Assembly: GCA_030264375.1 (NCBI GenBank)
Contig: JASCQW010000139.1
Coordinates: 3,765,619 to 3,829,618 of the forward strand
Direction: 5' to 3'
DNA length: 64,000 bases
Source of the DNA: Carcharhinus longimanus
Taxonomy: Eukaryota
The notes beneath the pieces are model-generated. The model ran no database searches, had not been told where the DNA came from, and saw only the letters and a program-made list of their open reading frames with translations. This document shows, in pieces, positions 48,406-62,800 of the stretch. Position 1 is the stretch's first letter, and each line of letters opens with the position of its first letter. A program made the translations under genes and the position numbers.

Positions 48406-50721
48406 TTAAAACCATTAAGAGATGCTGGCGTTGGACTGGGATGGGCAAAGTAGGCTCGAGTCCAACAGGACTGTTTGGAATAAGGACCTTCCAGAGCGCT
48501 GCTCCTTCCTCAGGCGAGTCATTATTGTGAGATTTCTTACCGTTCTCTGGGATAGATACTGGGAGGTGTAGGTAGGAAAGTACAAATTTTCTGCCTGATC
48601 ATGATTCAGCAATGTTTCTGGTATACTTGTGCCCTGTGGCATCAAACATCCCCACCCTCAGACCAATTAAATTGCATGCCAAAACTCATTAACAAAGGTC
48701 ATTTGGATGATGTATTAGAAAATACCTTCGGAGTCGCACCTCAACAAGGAAGCAACACCTCCAGACTAGAGGAAAATATTACTGAAGAAACTAAACTGTG
48801 GGCAACCAGACAACCACATTGCTGCCAGTCTCCAAAGTTACTCTTGCAAAAGCAAAATACCGCTGGTAGTGCAAACGTGGAATGAAAGCTGTAAATGATG
48901 GAGATGCTGAAATGGTCTGGCAGCATCTGTGGAGCGAGAAACAGAGTTAACACTTTTCAAGTGAACAACCTTTCATTAAAACTGATGAAATTTAGTCAAA
49001 AGATCCCTCCACAGCTGCTGTCCGACCTGCTGGGTATTTTCAGCATTTTGTTTTTATTCCAGAGTTATGTAGTATTTAGTTCACTCAGCACAGGAACCCC
49101 ATGCCAGACTAAATTATGTCAGGCTATTGCCAATTAAACTTGAAATATTATCTCAGAACAGCATGAACCCCATACATTTAACACAAATCAGTCCCAATTT
49201 CATATATACCTTTGGGGTAGACACCATGATGGGACAAATTCACTGGCAACACAATGTAAAACCACAGCTGCATCACCATATCCACATAAATAAAAGCAGC
49301 GAGCAGGTTCTGCTGGGAGCCAGCAATAAAAATGGGTAACACAGATGCCAGTATCTTGACCTGATTACAGCACTGAATCTCCAGCTCAGCAGCTAACAGG
49401 ATATGAGTGCAATTAATGAGCATCAGACGTTGTACCATAAGCACACACAACACTTCACAATAAAAAAATTGTTTAATTCCTCAAAGCCAACCGAGATGAG
49501 TGGGCCTGGTTACTGCCAAGTTAGGTGTTAATTTGCTCTATTTTATTGGCTCTTCTGAAGTTTTTCATTCATTATTCACTAGCTGAAACAGCTGTCAACA
49601 GTAATATTTTCCAGCTTTACTGTCTGATGTTAGTGGAACCAGGATGTGATAGCATGAGGCACATTGAACATTACAGTCTTAATAAAAGACTGTCAAAAGA
49701 ATTGCTAAAACTAGACATCCACATTCAAAATATTCGCACTCCTGTCATTTTTTACGAATACTGGAGCTTCTCAGATGAAAAAGGATGATTAACTCTCCAA
49801 GAGCACCTAGGTGAGAAAAATCACTCTTGGCTCATTGTCTCTCACTCAGCACTTCACAAACATGTCCTACTGTGTGCGCATTAGTGGCAGCTTATTGTGA
49901 ATTCCAAGATCCGTCCAGTCTACAAAGCCACTTTATCCGTTAGGTTGAAAGCAGTGTGCATGCTGTAATCCTGCCAAGAAAGGAAAATCAGTTCATCTGT
50001 ATTTTTATGGAGTGTATTTTAAAAAGCAGCATATTGTTCAACTGTGGCCAACGTCAGCAGAAATGGATAATTCTTGTACAAGCTCCAGCCCAGGTTTATA
50101 AATTCTGCAGAAACGTGACTTATACAACCTGCACTTATACAGCACCTTTAACTGAAAAGCATCAAGCCAATGCAGAATTGTTACAATGCACATAATGGTC
50201 ATTTGGCCCATTATGTCAGCACCGGCTCTCCAAACGAGCATTCTGACATGCCATTCTCCTGCCTTTTCCCCACACCCTTGCACACTGTATCAATGGTGAG
50301 CTAAAGGACCATGGATAATAGAAGGGGTGACTAAAAGCTTGATCAAAAGGTGGGCTTTTTGGGAAGGTGTTAAAAAAAGGATGAGAAGCAGAGGTTTTTC
50401 ATTAATGCTTTAAGAATGGGGCCTAACCAAAGGCCAAGCGTGAGGTGGCACACAAGGGTTAGAGGGATGTAGAGCTGGAGGAAGTTGCAGATTTGGGGAG
50501 GGGTTTAATCACAAGGATGAGAATTTGAAAACTACAGGATTGCCAGACCAGCAGCCAATGTAGGTCAGTCGGTACAGGTTGACAGATAAGTAGAATTGAG
50601 TGTGGGATAGAGCAAGAGCAGCAGAACTTTGGTTGAGCTCATGGTTATGGAAGATGTAAGGTGAGACGTTGACTGAGAGGCGGCTTGGACAGGAGAGTCT
50701 AAAGTTGAGGGTTCAGTAACA

Positions 50722-51153
50722 GAACATTACAGTGCAGTACAGGCCCTTCAGCCCTCAATGTTGCGCCGACCAGTGGAACCAATCTAATGGCCCTCTAACC
50801 TAAACCATTCCAATGTTATCCATATGCCTATCCNNNNNNNNNNNNNNNNNNNNNNNNNNNNNNNNNNNNNNNNNNNNNNNNNNNNNNNNNNNNNNNNNNN
50901 NNNNNNNNNNNNNNNNNNNNNNNNNNNNNNNNNNNNNNNNNNNNNNNNNNNNNNNNNNNNNNNNNNNNNNNNNNNNNNNNNNNNNNNNNNNNNNNNNNNN
51001 NNNNNNNNNNNNNNNNNNNNNNNNNNNNNNNNNNNNNNNNNNNNNNNNNNNNNNNNNNNNNNNNNNNNNNNNNNNNNNNNNNNNNNNNNNNNNNNNNNNN
51101 NNNNNNNNNNNNNNNNNNNNNNNNNNNNNNNNNNNNNNNNNNNNNNNNNNNNN
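50722..51153 (-). mobile_element. CR1 3' fragment (mostly gap)
   Basis: aacattacagtgcagtacaggcccttcagccctc tail, as at 39203. Confidence 0.7.
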
Positions 51154-51315
51154 AGTAACAATTCAGCCACAGTAACAATTCAGCCACAGTAACAATTCAG
51201 CCACAGTAACAATTCAGCCACAGTAACAATTCAGCCACAGTAACAATTCAGCCACAGTAACAATTCAGCCACAGTAACAATTCAGCCACAGTAACAATTC
51301 AGCCACAGTAACAAT
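51154..51315. repeat. Perfect 17-bp minisatellite (AGTAACAATTCAGCCAC) x9.5, open at the gap
   Basis: Nine identical units plus 9 bp, read directly. Confidence 0.97.
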
Positions 51316-51459
51316 GGCTCCTATTCTCAACCAAACCATTTAATGTGACAAGTAGACCCATATCATTGTGCTACACCAAGTCAGGGCAACAACAACTTGG
51401 CATCTGCAATTGATGGGGCTTTTCTGTGCCTTCATCCATGCCTTTATTGCTTCCAGACT

Positions 51460-51935
51460 GACTATTCCAGTACATTAGTGAACAACCTCCCAAATTCTAG
51501 CTTGGTCACTGAAAATTCTACTGCTCAACATTTTAAACTTGCACCACACCTCATCACCCTGTGCTTGCTGATACTCACTGGCATCTCATTCGTGTTTTCA
51601 AATCTCTCCATGGCCTCACCGCACCCCAATCTCCTCCAGTTCCATAGCCCTCATATCTGTACTGCTCTAATTCTGGTCTGCTGAGCATCCCTGATCAATC
51701 ATTCCACCAATAGCTGACGTGCCTTCAACTACCTTGCCTGTTAAGTGCTGGATGTTCCTCCTAAACTTCTCTAGCTTTCAACCTTGCTTTCATCCTTTAA
51801 GATGCTTCTTAAAACCCACCTTCTTGACCAAATCTTTAGTCAGGTGCCCTAATACCTTATGGATTGGTATCAAGTGTAAAATGGTTTGGGATATTTTACT
51901 GTGATAAAGGCACTACATAAATACAACCTGTCGTA
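51460..51935 (+). mobile_element. L2-like LINE 3' fragment
   Basis: HLIT..L..L.W and LKT.F-like remnants; aaaggcactacataaatacaa tail; similar copy at about 61750-61950. Confidence 0.6.
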
Positions 51936-53574
51936 GCTTAAGCAGAGACTCAAAAGTAAATGGTATTGCAAATCAGGAAATAAATCATAGCACACAGTAG
52001 CTTGGTAGGATGGTGGCGTAAGAGTGTATGTAGTGAAATCTCTAATCTGAGCAAACAGGCATGTTTGGTTTTCAGTCTTCAGAATGGCAAATCGAGTTAC
52101 AAGATTCGCAATGCACCTAACAGGTTGATTTGTTGCAAGACATAATGGAAACCTTTTTTTAAAAAAAAGCCCACAGAGTTTATAGTTTCCAATGCATTAG
52201 CAGACTGTTGCCATGGGGAATATAATGATAATGGTCAGAGGAAAAAGACTGGTTAAGTCTGGGGAAAATTAATAGTCCTGCAAAACCATTTTTAGCTCTG
52301 CTTTGCATTATCACAATCCAGGTGCAGTACATAAAACACTGCAGCTGAGCACATCAGTAATTCTGTCCTTTCGAGCCATTGTTTACACAATGGCGAGTAT
52401 CGCATTCAAAAGATCGGCATTGTGTCTATATTTAATGCAACTAAATTAATGTAGGCAAGACCCTGAACTCGGGGCACCTGCAATAAAAATCTAGTGAGGT
52501 ACTGGGGACTTTGTTATCTGGTGGCACAAATTTATAATAACATTTCATCAGCAGATTTGTTACTCATTCACAAGAGGCTAACAGCAGACCTGCAGCTATT
52601 GTCATTAAAGAGACTATAGGCAACATCCCAGCAACACAACTGAAGCTGAGTATGAAAACCTCAACAATTGAAGTCTGACCTCAGGAGGTACCTGGCTGAA
52701 GCATCAGTTAAGCAGAGATTAGTTATCTTCCCACCAGTCAAAAAGTCATTTAATTGTTGGCCCTCAACTTGCCTAACACTGATTTAACTTTATTCTAATT
52801 CAACTAATAGACATCCAAAAATAATTGTGTAGTTCATTAATTCAGGTTACATTTCAGATGCACACGAATTACAATCTGCTAAACTGCAAGTAATTCCAGG
52901 TGAAGCTTTATTGGAAATTTATTAGCATGTTGACAGAAGCAGCAATTGTTTCCTTTTTCCTTTTGCCAACAACTTTTCCTTCTTTGAGGATCATTTTTCC
53001 TACTGGGGTCTTTCTGGCCCCCAAACAAGTAGCTATTTCTCTCACAGGCTGCATGGCCCAGAGGCAGCAGGCTACCCAACAGTTGGGAAGGGCCCAAACC
53101 ATACTCACACACTAGCTCAATATAGAATGTGTTCACCGGATCTTCCAAGTATGAATGGCCCAACTACTCATTGCCTTTACCAATGTAGATCATCGCAAGC
53201 AGTTTTAAAAAGAATCGCCTCTATTTTTCAAGGAAATCAGTCTCCTATCTGACATTCTTCTTTCCTCCCCTCCTGCCTTTGTCATCACATCAGCCCAAGG
53301 AGGAAATATACTTCTCAAAGCCACACCTTCAACTATAGCCCAAAGGCCAGATCTGACATTCTACTTTCATCATCGCAAAAGCAACAAACTCAACTCCAAC
53401 GATTTAAGATATAGGGGAGGGATGCATCAAAAGAGTAATCACTTGCATCCCTTTTCTTCCCCATCCCCACATACAGAACAAATTGCAAAGAGTACTTAAA
53501 AAGGTGGGGGGGGGGGGGGTGGCATTTCTATTTAAATCATACCTTCCGCAACTTCAGGACATGTTGTCCTGGAT

Positions 53575-54040
53575 CAGTGTGTGCAGTTTTGGTCTCCTTA
53601 TCTGAGAAAGGATATGCTTGCCATAGAGGGAGGGAAGCAAAGCTTCGTTAGACTGATTCCTGACATAACAGAATTGCCAGACAGGATAGATTGGGTCAAT
53701 TGAGCCTGTATTCACTGGAATTTAGAAGAATGAAGGAATCTAATTGAAAGGTATAAATTCTGACAGGGCTGGATAGACTGGATGCAGGGCTATTATTTCC
53801 TTTGGCTGAGGGGTCTACAACAAGGGGTCACAGTCTCAGGATACAACGTAGACCATTTATGATTGAAATGAAGAAATTTCTCCTCCGCTCAGAGCATGGT
53901 AAACCTATAGAAGTCTTTACCACAGAAAGCTGTAAGGGCTATGGAGAGAGCACTGACATATGGTGTTGACAGAGGATCAATCACGATCATGTTGAATGAC
54001 AGAGCTAAATGGCCTATTCCTGCTTCTAGTTTCTATCTTT
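53575..54040 (+). mobile_element. CR1 LINE 3' fragment
   Basis: CVQFWSPYLRKD..LSLYSLEFRRM..TRGHS. Confidence 0.85.
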
Positions 54041-54144
54041 CTACGATATCACAAACACTTTACAACCAATTCAAGTACTTTAAGAAAAGGCAAAAAGGAT
54101 TCTAATTTATTGTTGAAGAACATCTTGGGTCAGGTCCCTAATTA

Positions 54145-54348
54145 GATGTTGGTTTAGCTCAGTTGGCCAGATGGCTGGTTCGTGATGCGAAGCAACACCA
54201 ACAGTGCGGGTTCAATTCCAATACCAGCTGACGTTATTCATGAAGGTCCGCCTTCTCAACCTTGCCCCTCACTACAGGTGTTGTGATCTTCAGGTTAAAG
54301 TCACCACCAGTCAGCTCTTCCCTTTGGAGGAGTCATCTGCAATATGGG
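54145..54348 (+). mobile_element. tRNA-derived SINE of a fourth family (possibly MetaSINE-like)
   Basis: tagctcagttgg A-box, gggttcaattcc B-box, caggttaaagtcaccaccagtcagctc body. Confidence 0.55.
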
Positions 54349-55020
54349 TGTGACAATACAGGGTTGTTAATATATTTTATGTTGGGGCAGGGGAACAGAG
54401 TGATTAAAGATTCAGTATTTTGTTAGTCAGTTTGTCTGGAAGAAATACAAATGCTGGAAAGCAGGATAATTATTCCTTTTAGCCTTGTTAGGATTTATTT
54501 AATAGAAGGCTTAATGAGTTTTTGTTTATGAAAGAAGAGGACTCTTAGGTGTTTTCTTGATTTAAGTAATGGAAAAGTGAGTTAGGTCATATAGTCATGT
54601 GATATTATGGAAGGAGATAGTTTAGGAGCTGAAAAAAAATCATGTTCAGTCGGAGGGGGCTGTTTTAAAATAACAGCCTACTAGCAGCTCTCCACTAAAT
54701 CTCTCTGGAAGCGCCAAACCTGTTAAAGGTTAAAGCATGTATGCTTGGATTTGCTAACTAAAGGAAATATTACTATTGTGTTCCATTTAAGCAATAAGTT
54801 AGAAGTTGAGTTGTTTTGAGTTCAATTGTTTTATTTTGTTCAAATTATATTAAAACTGTTATGAGTAAAACTTGTTTTGTTAAAAAATCCCTAATTTGTC
54901 AGTGGAATTACCCCTGGAGCGAAGAATCCTTTCCTCACATTTGTGCCAAAATAGAAAAATTATTGGGGTCGGGTCTGGCTTCAAAGTATACCTTGGGGTT
55001 TCTGATCTGGCACCCTAACA
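54349..55020 (+). mobile_element. Solo LTR with perfect 4-bp TSD (TGGG)
   Basis: TGTGAC...CTAACA termini; TGGG at 54345-54348 and 55021-55024; same family as 8057-8745. Confidence 0.8.
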
Positions 55021-56535
55021 TGGGGAACATGACATTTCATAAACAGCAATGTCATGATGCCCAAATAATTTGTTCATTTTGTGGAACTAGTTAATATTAC
55101 ATGTTGGCCTCAGGGCAACATTCTTGCTCTTCTTTGGAATGGTGTCCTGGGATCATTTACATTCAATTGTAAGGGCAGACAAGTCCACAGATGCACATCT
55201 CACCAGCAGCACATCCTCAGCTTTACCAGCTAGATTACAGCCTCTGCAATAGGACCTTCTGACTTGAAAGGTGAAAGTGCTATCCACTGAGCCACAGTGG
55301 GATTGTTGTAACATCACTGTCACAGGATTGCAGTGGTTCAGAGAAAAGCCCTTCAGAGGACACCCAGGAATGGGCAGAGACAACCACGTCAGGGCCACAT
55401 ACAGTTGGGAGAGAATTAAAATCTCATTCTCGTTGGATGTTCTTTAGAGTAGAGAGAAAGAAAGAGGGGAAGGGATATAAAGTTGTTGGCTGAAAAGTTA
55501 GTATTCATAACTGAAGTTTGCTCTCATTCTCTCTCCTCTTCTGCCTGCAATTCATCAGTCAGCAGGAGACCTGAATTTCTGCCCAAGACAAAATGGTCAC
55601 AGCTAAGATCTATTTAACAGAAGGATAAAGTAACTTTTCCTCATTTCGCTCAGAAGAATGAAGGGTGGCCTGAAGAACTCAGTCTATTTCATCTACCTTA
55701 TACTTTTTTTTACATTTAATTACAATGAACCTTACAACCCAGAACTGACATCTGCTTTGCAGCTTCATCCATTTTTGAAATCATTTTTGTACAAGGCTAC
55801 CTTCCTTATATCTAACTTAAAACACAAAGGGCGTCACCTCACTGACAATGACCTTCCCATTATCTATATTTGAACAAAGCCTGTTGTACTGGTATATTTT
55901 CAACCCACCTACCATGTTGACAATATTCACTTCAAAGTTGAAAGATCCAAGTGTGCCTCATGGAGCTGACCCATTTTTCAGGGGATCATGTGCTATATTG
56001 TTAAATACCCTACAGCACCCAATACATAATACCTTCAACTCCTTTTACACCTCACTTCTGTTTCAAATTCTGGATTGAAAATACCAGTGTAACATGCCAA
56101 AGAACAACCTGTCATAACAATGCAGCAAAGGAAACAAAATAAGCCTAATAACTTTGGAATCAGGCCAGAACAAACTCTGGAAGATTAACAGTACTGATGG
56201 GAATCAATTGTGTATGCAATGTTTTAAAAGCTGAACTGTCACACAGCTGGTGACCTACCTTCAATAACCTAAATGATACACTGCAATTCAACCAGCAAAA
56301 TTACATTCATTGCTGCTGCAAGTTTGAGGTGACCCAATATTACAGCCAGCAAAAGCAGGAGATGTGGATTTGGAAATGGCAGCCCAAAAAAATCATTAGC
56401 AGTTAGCAAATGTGAACAGTTCAAAACACGTTTGGTACTCAAACTGTTAGTCTGTTCTGTTTCAATTCAGTGATATGTAGAAGTAATGGAATAAGGGTAT
56501 AGCTGAAACTTGAGCAAATTAATCTCCACTACATT

Positions 56536-56812
56536 AAAGTTTATTTTAAAAAGTTTATTAGTCACAAGTAAGACTTACATTAACACTGCAATGAAGTTAC
56601 TGTGAAATTCTCCTAATCGCCACAATCTGGTGCCTGTTTGGGTCAATGCACCTAACCAGCACATCTTTCAGAACGTGGGAGGACACCAGGGCACCTGGAG
56701 GAAACCCTCAGACCCAGGGAGAACATGCAAACACCAAACAAACAGTGACCCGAGACCAGAATTGAACCCGGGTCCCTGACGCTGTAAGGCAGCAGTGCTA
56801 ACTGTGCCACCA
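56536..56812 (-). mobile_element. HE1-like SINE, type B
   Basis: Reverse complement of the consensus. Confidence 0.85.
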
Positions 56813-59800
56813 TGCACTGTGTACTTCAAACAGCAGCATGCAATGCAAGTAGAGTGTTGACCAGCAGTTCCAATAATAGTTTCGGCAAAAATTACTAAAA
56901 CCAAATTGAATATCGTATCGATTTAAAGAGGGAGAACAGGGGAAAAAGTCATTGATATATATGCAATGCAGCCTTATCAAAATAAAGCAGGAATCTGTAC
57001 AATCTGACAACATTTGATATGATAAACAATTGTCAGCATTAATTAATGCCTTGTTGAATGTGGGTTTTCATTTTTGAAGTTTGTGGAGTAGGCAGCCAAC
57101 CCTCTTGGGAGCTAGGTCCTCACATTATAAATCTTAAAATTGCTTGAATCTGTAATACCCAATGATAAAAATTGGTTACTTTTAATCAGCAAAAGAATCA
57201 AGGGTTATTGGGATAATGGGGGAAGTGGAGTCAGGGATTATCACATCAGATCAGTCATGATCTCACTGAATGGGGAAGCAGACTCAGTGGGCTGAAAAGT
57301 CCACTTCTGCTCCCATGTCGTATGGGTCAGATTTCACTAATTTTGAAAACAGCATTTTTGCTAAGTTAGAGAATGTTGTTGACACCAACATGTAGAAACA
57401 TTGTTGATTCACTTGGTTCATATTGGGAAACATCAAGTTGTTTTGCACACAATTTACTTGTAGGTAATTTATAACCCATGTTGTTGAATGGAGATTGTAT
57501 TTCAGCCAAATTTAGGTCATTGATTTATGAGTACTGCTCACATCCTGTTTGGATTTGACTGATATTATGCATCAGATGTTTGAAGTGAACATATCTCCAA
57601 TGACCTGGGCTGGATTTTGCCTGGGATTGTGATGCAGGAGCCAAAAACCCACATTAGTAAATTCATATTTAGTTCTACAGTTTCTCATTAGAAATCGGGA
57701 CTGAGGTTCATATGTCTTTGATATGCACAGGTGCTCAAGATAAACAGAGCCAATGTGACAAGATCAGTGCACCGTACCTTCTCCTTGCTACCCAAGGACT
57801 TGACCTGTACAAGGCCAACAAGCCTTACTTCAGAAGATATTTGGCATTTTATGTTTCAACATCCCCTCAAAGTCAGGACCAAACAGTTTCAGATAATGGG
57901 AGGATATTGATTAAAAATGTTTGTTTTTGGAAGTCACCTTGCAACCACTGCAAGTGAACCATACCCAATTTCCAAATGCTGCGTGAGGTCTTATTAATAA
58001 CTAATTGAACACTCCTGTTATCCTGATGACAGTGTGTAGCATTCCACTGGTAAGTGACAGGGCAGCAGGGAGGATTGAAGAAAGAAAAGGAGAAAAGAAG
58101 CCTTTAATTAAGTCCTTCTAAATATTGTCTCTTGCTAATTGACCGTAAATCACTTGGCCAACCGGAGGTTCTGCACATACTAACTATGCTGCCTTTTCCA
58201 GGACACACAGTGGTCAACTAGCTACTGTGAGGGAAAAGATAAAAAATAAATAGATTCACTACCACAAATAACAATTTAACTGATTTAGTGCCACTCTCTC
58301 ACATTGCAACACGATGGCCTGAGAAGGCTCATTTGTACAACCATAAGGTTCAGCCTCAGATCAACCACTAGCAATTCTAGAATTATTGGTGAGCCTCTCA
58401 CAAACCTTAACTATTACACTCCCAGGTTGTTCAGATTTTCAGGTCACTTTAAAAATTAAAAACCTACTTGAAGAAATACATTAGTTGAGTGTACTAAGAG
58501 ATTTATAGTCTGCTCACTCCAGAATTAAACGTAACCTCACGCCTTGCCTTTGCAGCAGATTTTGATTGAGTGTGCAAAAATAGTATTTGACATTGTTTTG
58601 CTCAGAATTAAAGCTGCTGCATTCATCTGGGATTTGGATTTCTCCTGCATGTTATGCTCCAAGGATGTACAAGTTGCCTGTGTTCCTGCAGTTTTGCTCC
58701 TGATATTTATTATGCTATCACACTGGCGCCATCACATGCCAATTTTTCCAATTCAAGTGACAGGTCGTTCACTCAAAATGAGAAGTCATCCAATTTCCCC
58801 ATTTCCTTTGCCGTCTCTCCTCTCCCAACCCCTCCCTCAAAAGAGACAAGAAATAAAACTTGCACAAATTGACATGACATCAGGGATACCTGGTTAGTTT
58901 TGAACTCATCAGTAAACGAATGGATGGGGACGAAAACTCAAACATAGGCGCATCTAATTCATCCTGAACCATCCATCAGATTAATGGCCTTGTCATCAAC
59001 TGAGGTGCTGTGGGCATGATACAGCACTATACATATATCATCCCATCATTTGCATTCCATTCTGCAGAGGACTGATGAAATTCCACTAACGTGCAGAAAT
59101 GTACTTTTCAAATCAGTTCAGTACCTGGGGAACAGACAAGCACTGGTTCATTGAGCTGGAGCTCATGCTACTTTACATGATGAATTTAAATCAGGGAGAC
59201 ATCCTAGGGTGAAGGTGATGGAATATTCCACTGCGTTGGATATATTTATTAAATGCTATTTTACATTTTAAGTGCATTCTCAATTAATATATAGATGAAA
59301 ACCAGACTTCTAACAATTAGCCCCAATTGTTGTGGATGGTATCAGAAATAGTGACTTCAAAATAGGCATAGGTTATACAAAGCTTGAGGGGATGCAGTCC
59401 GATATAACTCACTGGGAACAACGCATTCAAATCAGGTAACAGTTCCTGGGATTATGCTCTTCTACATCCTATTCTTACTTGTCCACACCATTTCCTTTAC
59501 AAATGCCACATTTTTAATGATATTGTATAACATTCCTCAATACCAAGTCCACCTGGATTACATTGATTACTGGCTGTCCCAAGACAAACAGGGGTGAGGG
59601 GTGTGTGTCTGTGGGCGGGGGAGGTTGTGATACATTCTGATTTAAGGGACATTCAGTTGAAGACCACAGACAGTAGCTTCATACCTTTAGCTCTTAAGCT
59701 AAGTGCACGCACCTAATGTCAAGACCTGCACAGAGCAAGATTACGACTGCAGCACATTAGGACAAAACTAACCTGCCTCAAAGCAATTTAAACCCAGGTC

Positions 59801-62800
59801 CCATTCTCCATGAATTCAGTTTCATAAATCACAGTACAATCTATACTCCTTGGTTACACCTCTTGGGAGCAAATAAAAGGCAAAAGGAGTGTTCACCAGC
59901 ACTGGGTGATTTAATCACAGGGTCCATTCAGGCAAAAAACAGCCATGCATTCAAAACAGCATCAACACATGACCTAATTTGAGGTATGGCTGGCTTACAG
60001 ACACCAATTTGGAACAGAGTAACCTACTTCAAATAGTGAGTGGGTAAGCCACATTTAGTTGGACCTGCCTGTCAAAATCTCAAAACTATTTCGCCAATTT
60101 AAACCTGCAGAAAAACATGCTGTAAACCTGTAGACAAATGTGCTGTGGAACACAATGAAACTAATACCAACTTCAAGGCAACAGCAGAGAGACTGTATAC
60201 AAAACTATATTATTTCCCATGATTGAAAAATTAAAACTGTAAATCTCTAGTTTAGCCTTGCTCTTATGGTGAAGCCGTTTTATTTTTCCTGGAGGCATCA
60301 TTGGAGAGAAGTTGGAGGTACGAGTGGAGGTGCAACTGTACACAAAGCCAACACTCTGTACAAAGCATGCAGTGATACAGCAGTCTAATCCATGTGTTTC
60401 CATTATGGCAAGGCTAATCTTCAAAAACAAAATCTCCAAAGGTTCAGTTTGTTACTCAAAAGTTTTGGAGGCTGGATGTTTTCAAATCAGCTTCAGGTTA
60501 ATGCCCTGATGGAGACATGTCTTTGATCCTTTGTGGACTCTGGGTAATGATCTTACCTTATCCAGCAATGGTAAGCTGATGACCTACTTATTCAAAAATG
60601 TATGAATCTAATGTTTAACATGATAACCAGAAAATCATAAAATTATACAGTACAGCAAGCTATTCAGCCCATCATCCCTGTGTTGCTTCTTTAAAGAGCT
60701 CTTCAGTATTTATTCAATTTCCTTTTGAACCTGCAATTTAATCGGCTTCCACCATTCTTTCAGGTAGTGCATTCCTGATCATAACTTGCTGCACAAAAAT
60801 ACATTGGTTTTAACGCAGATTCAGCTGTTAAAGGAGTCACATCCAATGGCCAATAATGTATTTTTAGATATCCACTGCCTTTATCTTTTGAGAAAAGAAT
60901 GCCAATAGGCCATTTAAATCAGCAGTGGAGATTGCCTGTGGGCAGGTGCTTATTAGAGATATTTGCAATTGCAACAGCTACAAATTACACTCACTTTTTG
61001 CACAATCCTTTGTTTTATTGTGAAAAATACAGATTTGAATGCTCAGAACAATTCCACGATGTTATTTTCAAAAATGCTGAAAACGCAAGAGGTGTGACAA
61101 GATTGGAAAAGTGCGTGTTTCTGATGAACCCATCAAAATGGATGTTATTACAGACTTAGATCTTTTCTTTGACCTCCTCCTCTCCCCACCACCCCATCCC
61201 CCTGCATGTCTGTTCAGTCAGCAACTGGATTTCAGTAATTGCCATTACACAGTCAGGAATTATGGCACCCTATAATAGTTTCCCATTAATTTCTTCAAAA
61301 AAAAACTTGAATAGCTGTTTATGGAATGAGATCAAGCCAGGCCCTGGGGACTTTACTCCATGAAGTGCAATGTATTTATTCTTAGTTTGCCATTTGTTTT
61401 GCATAATTACAACTACAGTTTGTGCTAGCAGTTAATTATACGTAATTAAACATTAGCCTGGATTTGCACCAAGTTGTCAGTGGCAACCAACCTGCCCTTG
61501 CTTGTAAAATGCAACAGAAATTCTTAATATTGCAGCACATCTAACAACGGCAAGCTGTGTTAATACCAGCTCTCCATCCATTTTCCTGTACTGCTATTCA
61601 CAGCTGCATTTATGGTTCTACAGATATGAGGCTTTTTCTCGCAAAGGTGCACTCTGCTTAACCTTAGTGCAGTTTAGGAAGGATAAGTGCAAATCATGTC
61701 AATTATAACACTCAACATGCAGTAAGATTTTCCGGCCCAAATGCTGCAATCTCCAGTTAAGTATCAGTTTTCAACTAGCCTTTGGAACCTCACTACTTCT
61801 CTCTCGTCCTTTAAGGCTCTGCTTAAAAACCAACACATTTGTCCAAGTTTTTGGTCATCCATCCTAATATCATATTATGTAGTCAAGTATCAAATTTGAT
61901 AACGCTCCTGAACATTTTAGTATGTTAACAGTGCGATATAAATCATTCTTGCTATCCTTCCCATGTACTTAGATGGTCCTTATCAGGAAACTATTCTTGA
62001 GTAGTATCTTTGAGGTGGGCTGGGGAGTGCAAAAGAGCATAGCCAAATTCATTCCTAGTTACAAGCAAACACATTCCAAAGATCTTGAGATCATGATCCA
62101 AATATTGGAAATTTCTCCCCCAGCAATCAGGTTACTTACATCAATTCTGGCACATTCCCATTTTGGAATTAGGGATTGCAAAACACTTTCAGCAAGTATG
62201 CTATTGCACTGTTGGGGGCTAAGAGCATAAACCACAATTCTATGAAGTTGCACTATAAAAATCATATGGAACTTCATGCTGCAAAGTGCCACCAGCAGCC
62301 AATGCAGCAAATCTGTTCAAATAAGGTTGAATAAATTTGCCTAAACATTGAAAGATTGAAAGTGCAGGCTTTATACTGAAGAGTCTCAGTACAGTGGCTT
62401 ATAAAGCAAAATGAACAACAGGTGAACAATGTTTAAACAAGCATTTTAGACATTTCCTACTCCAGGAAATAATGCATGATTTTAGATCCAGGGCCTGTAT
62501 GGGAATGCGTTGGAAGACTGTAGACACCAATTTATCCAGATGTGCAGTCCACCTCCCTCCCCAGTGCAGTGTCAGGACGTTGACATCAGGGTGTGCTCCT
62601 TCCATCTTTTCCGCTTCCATTTAGTTTCAAGCAATTCACAGAGGTCGCACGTTTTGTTCCCAAATGCCCTGATCTCTTCCTGGACATCCTGGGCTCGTGC
62701 CCCACATTTTGAATAGTGATAAATTAAGCTCAATGCTCCTGGCTCCAAGTGACAGCCTATTTGAAAAGGATTTGGGATCCCAGTTATGATTTCTGCATTT

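Noticed and set aside
51154-51315. Regular short repeats as a possible CRISPR array
   Set aside because: Units are head-to-tail with no spacers; vertebrate context; no cas genes.
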